Origin: a virus
Reading direction: 5' to 3' (one strand)
Virus record (IMG/VR): IMGVR_UViG_3300028909_000017
Location: 32,001 to 96,000 of that record
Length of the DNA stretch: 64,000 nucleotides
Part shown: positions 63,845 through 64,000 of the stretch, piece by piece
How the letters are laid out: the number at the start of each line of letters is the position of its first letter
Numbering within the stretch: the stretch's first letter is position 1
The notes under the pieces: model-generated
Told to the model about the DNA's origin: nothing
The model's input: only the letters and a program-made list of their open reading frames with translations
Databases searched by the model: none
Translations under genes and position numbers: made by a program

Positions 63845-64000
63845 AGCATCCTCCCAGAATGTTAATTTTGTTTTTGCAATTTTTCTGCTACAGCATTTCT
63901 TTCTTCTTCGTTTAATTGATCGACATTAATTTTTGCTTCCAATAATTCTTTAATTAATGAATCCACATTTTTATTTAGTTTACGAGTTCTTTTATGTTTT

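Noticed and set aside
1-64000. Stop-codon reassignment (TAG or TGA recoding)
   Set aside because: Long conserved genes are intact in code 11, the breaks are frameshifts rather than in-frame stops, and no suppressor tRNA was found

Overview
AT-rich, almost entirely minus-strand segment of a large lytic (jumbo-type) bacteriophage genome. It carries sigma70-like early promoter cassettes, T4-type TATAAATA late promoters and no core cellular genes. Contents: 19 tRNA genes; a translation-protection kit (CCA-adding enzyme, T4-type RNA ligase plus Pnkp, a DRB0094-type RNA ligase, a RelA/SpoT-type HD hydrolase, a stand-alone AlaRS catalytic domain, an IleRS C-terminal domain and an S4 domain); an RpoZ-like protein; ClpX/ClpS/Hsp20; nucleotide-metabolism genes (queD, thyX, guaC, 5'-nucleotidase); fibre/spike-like genes with captured GC-richer modules; several tandem paralog families; and two non-autonomous IS200/IS605-type elements. 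The strongest novel signal is a 29-codon leader peptide with a terminator/antiterminator switch directly upstream of the Leu-Tyr-Leu-Trp-Ser4-Cys tRNA operon. Its codons match those tRNAs, which suggests a ribosome-mediated attenuator that lets the phage sense tRNA shortage and switch on replacement tRNAs. Also notable: Sec-type signal peptides on five fibre/adhesin-like proteins, a shared C-terminal K/R-L-x-x motif on many unrelated small proteins, and Cys/His/Gln tRNAs with long variable arms. Many genes are split by single-base indels in homopolymer runs, most likely sequencing error. All family calls come from motif recognition by eye; no database search was run.
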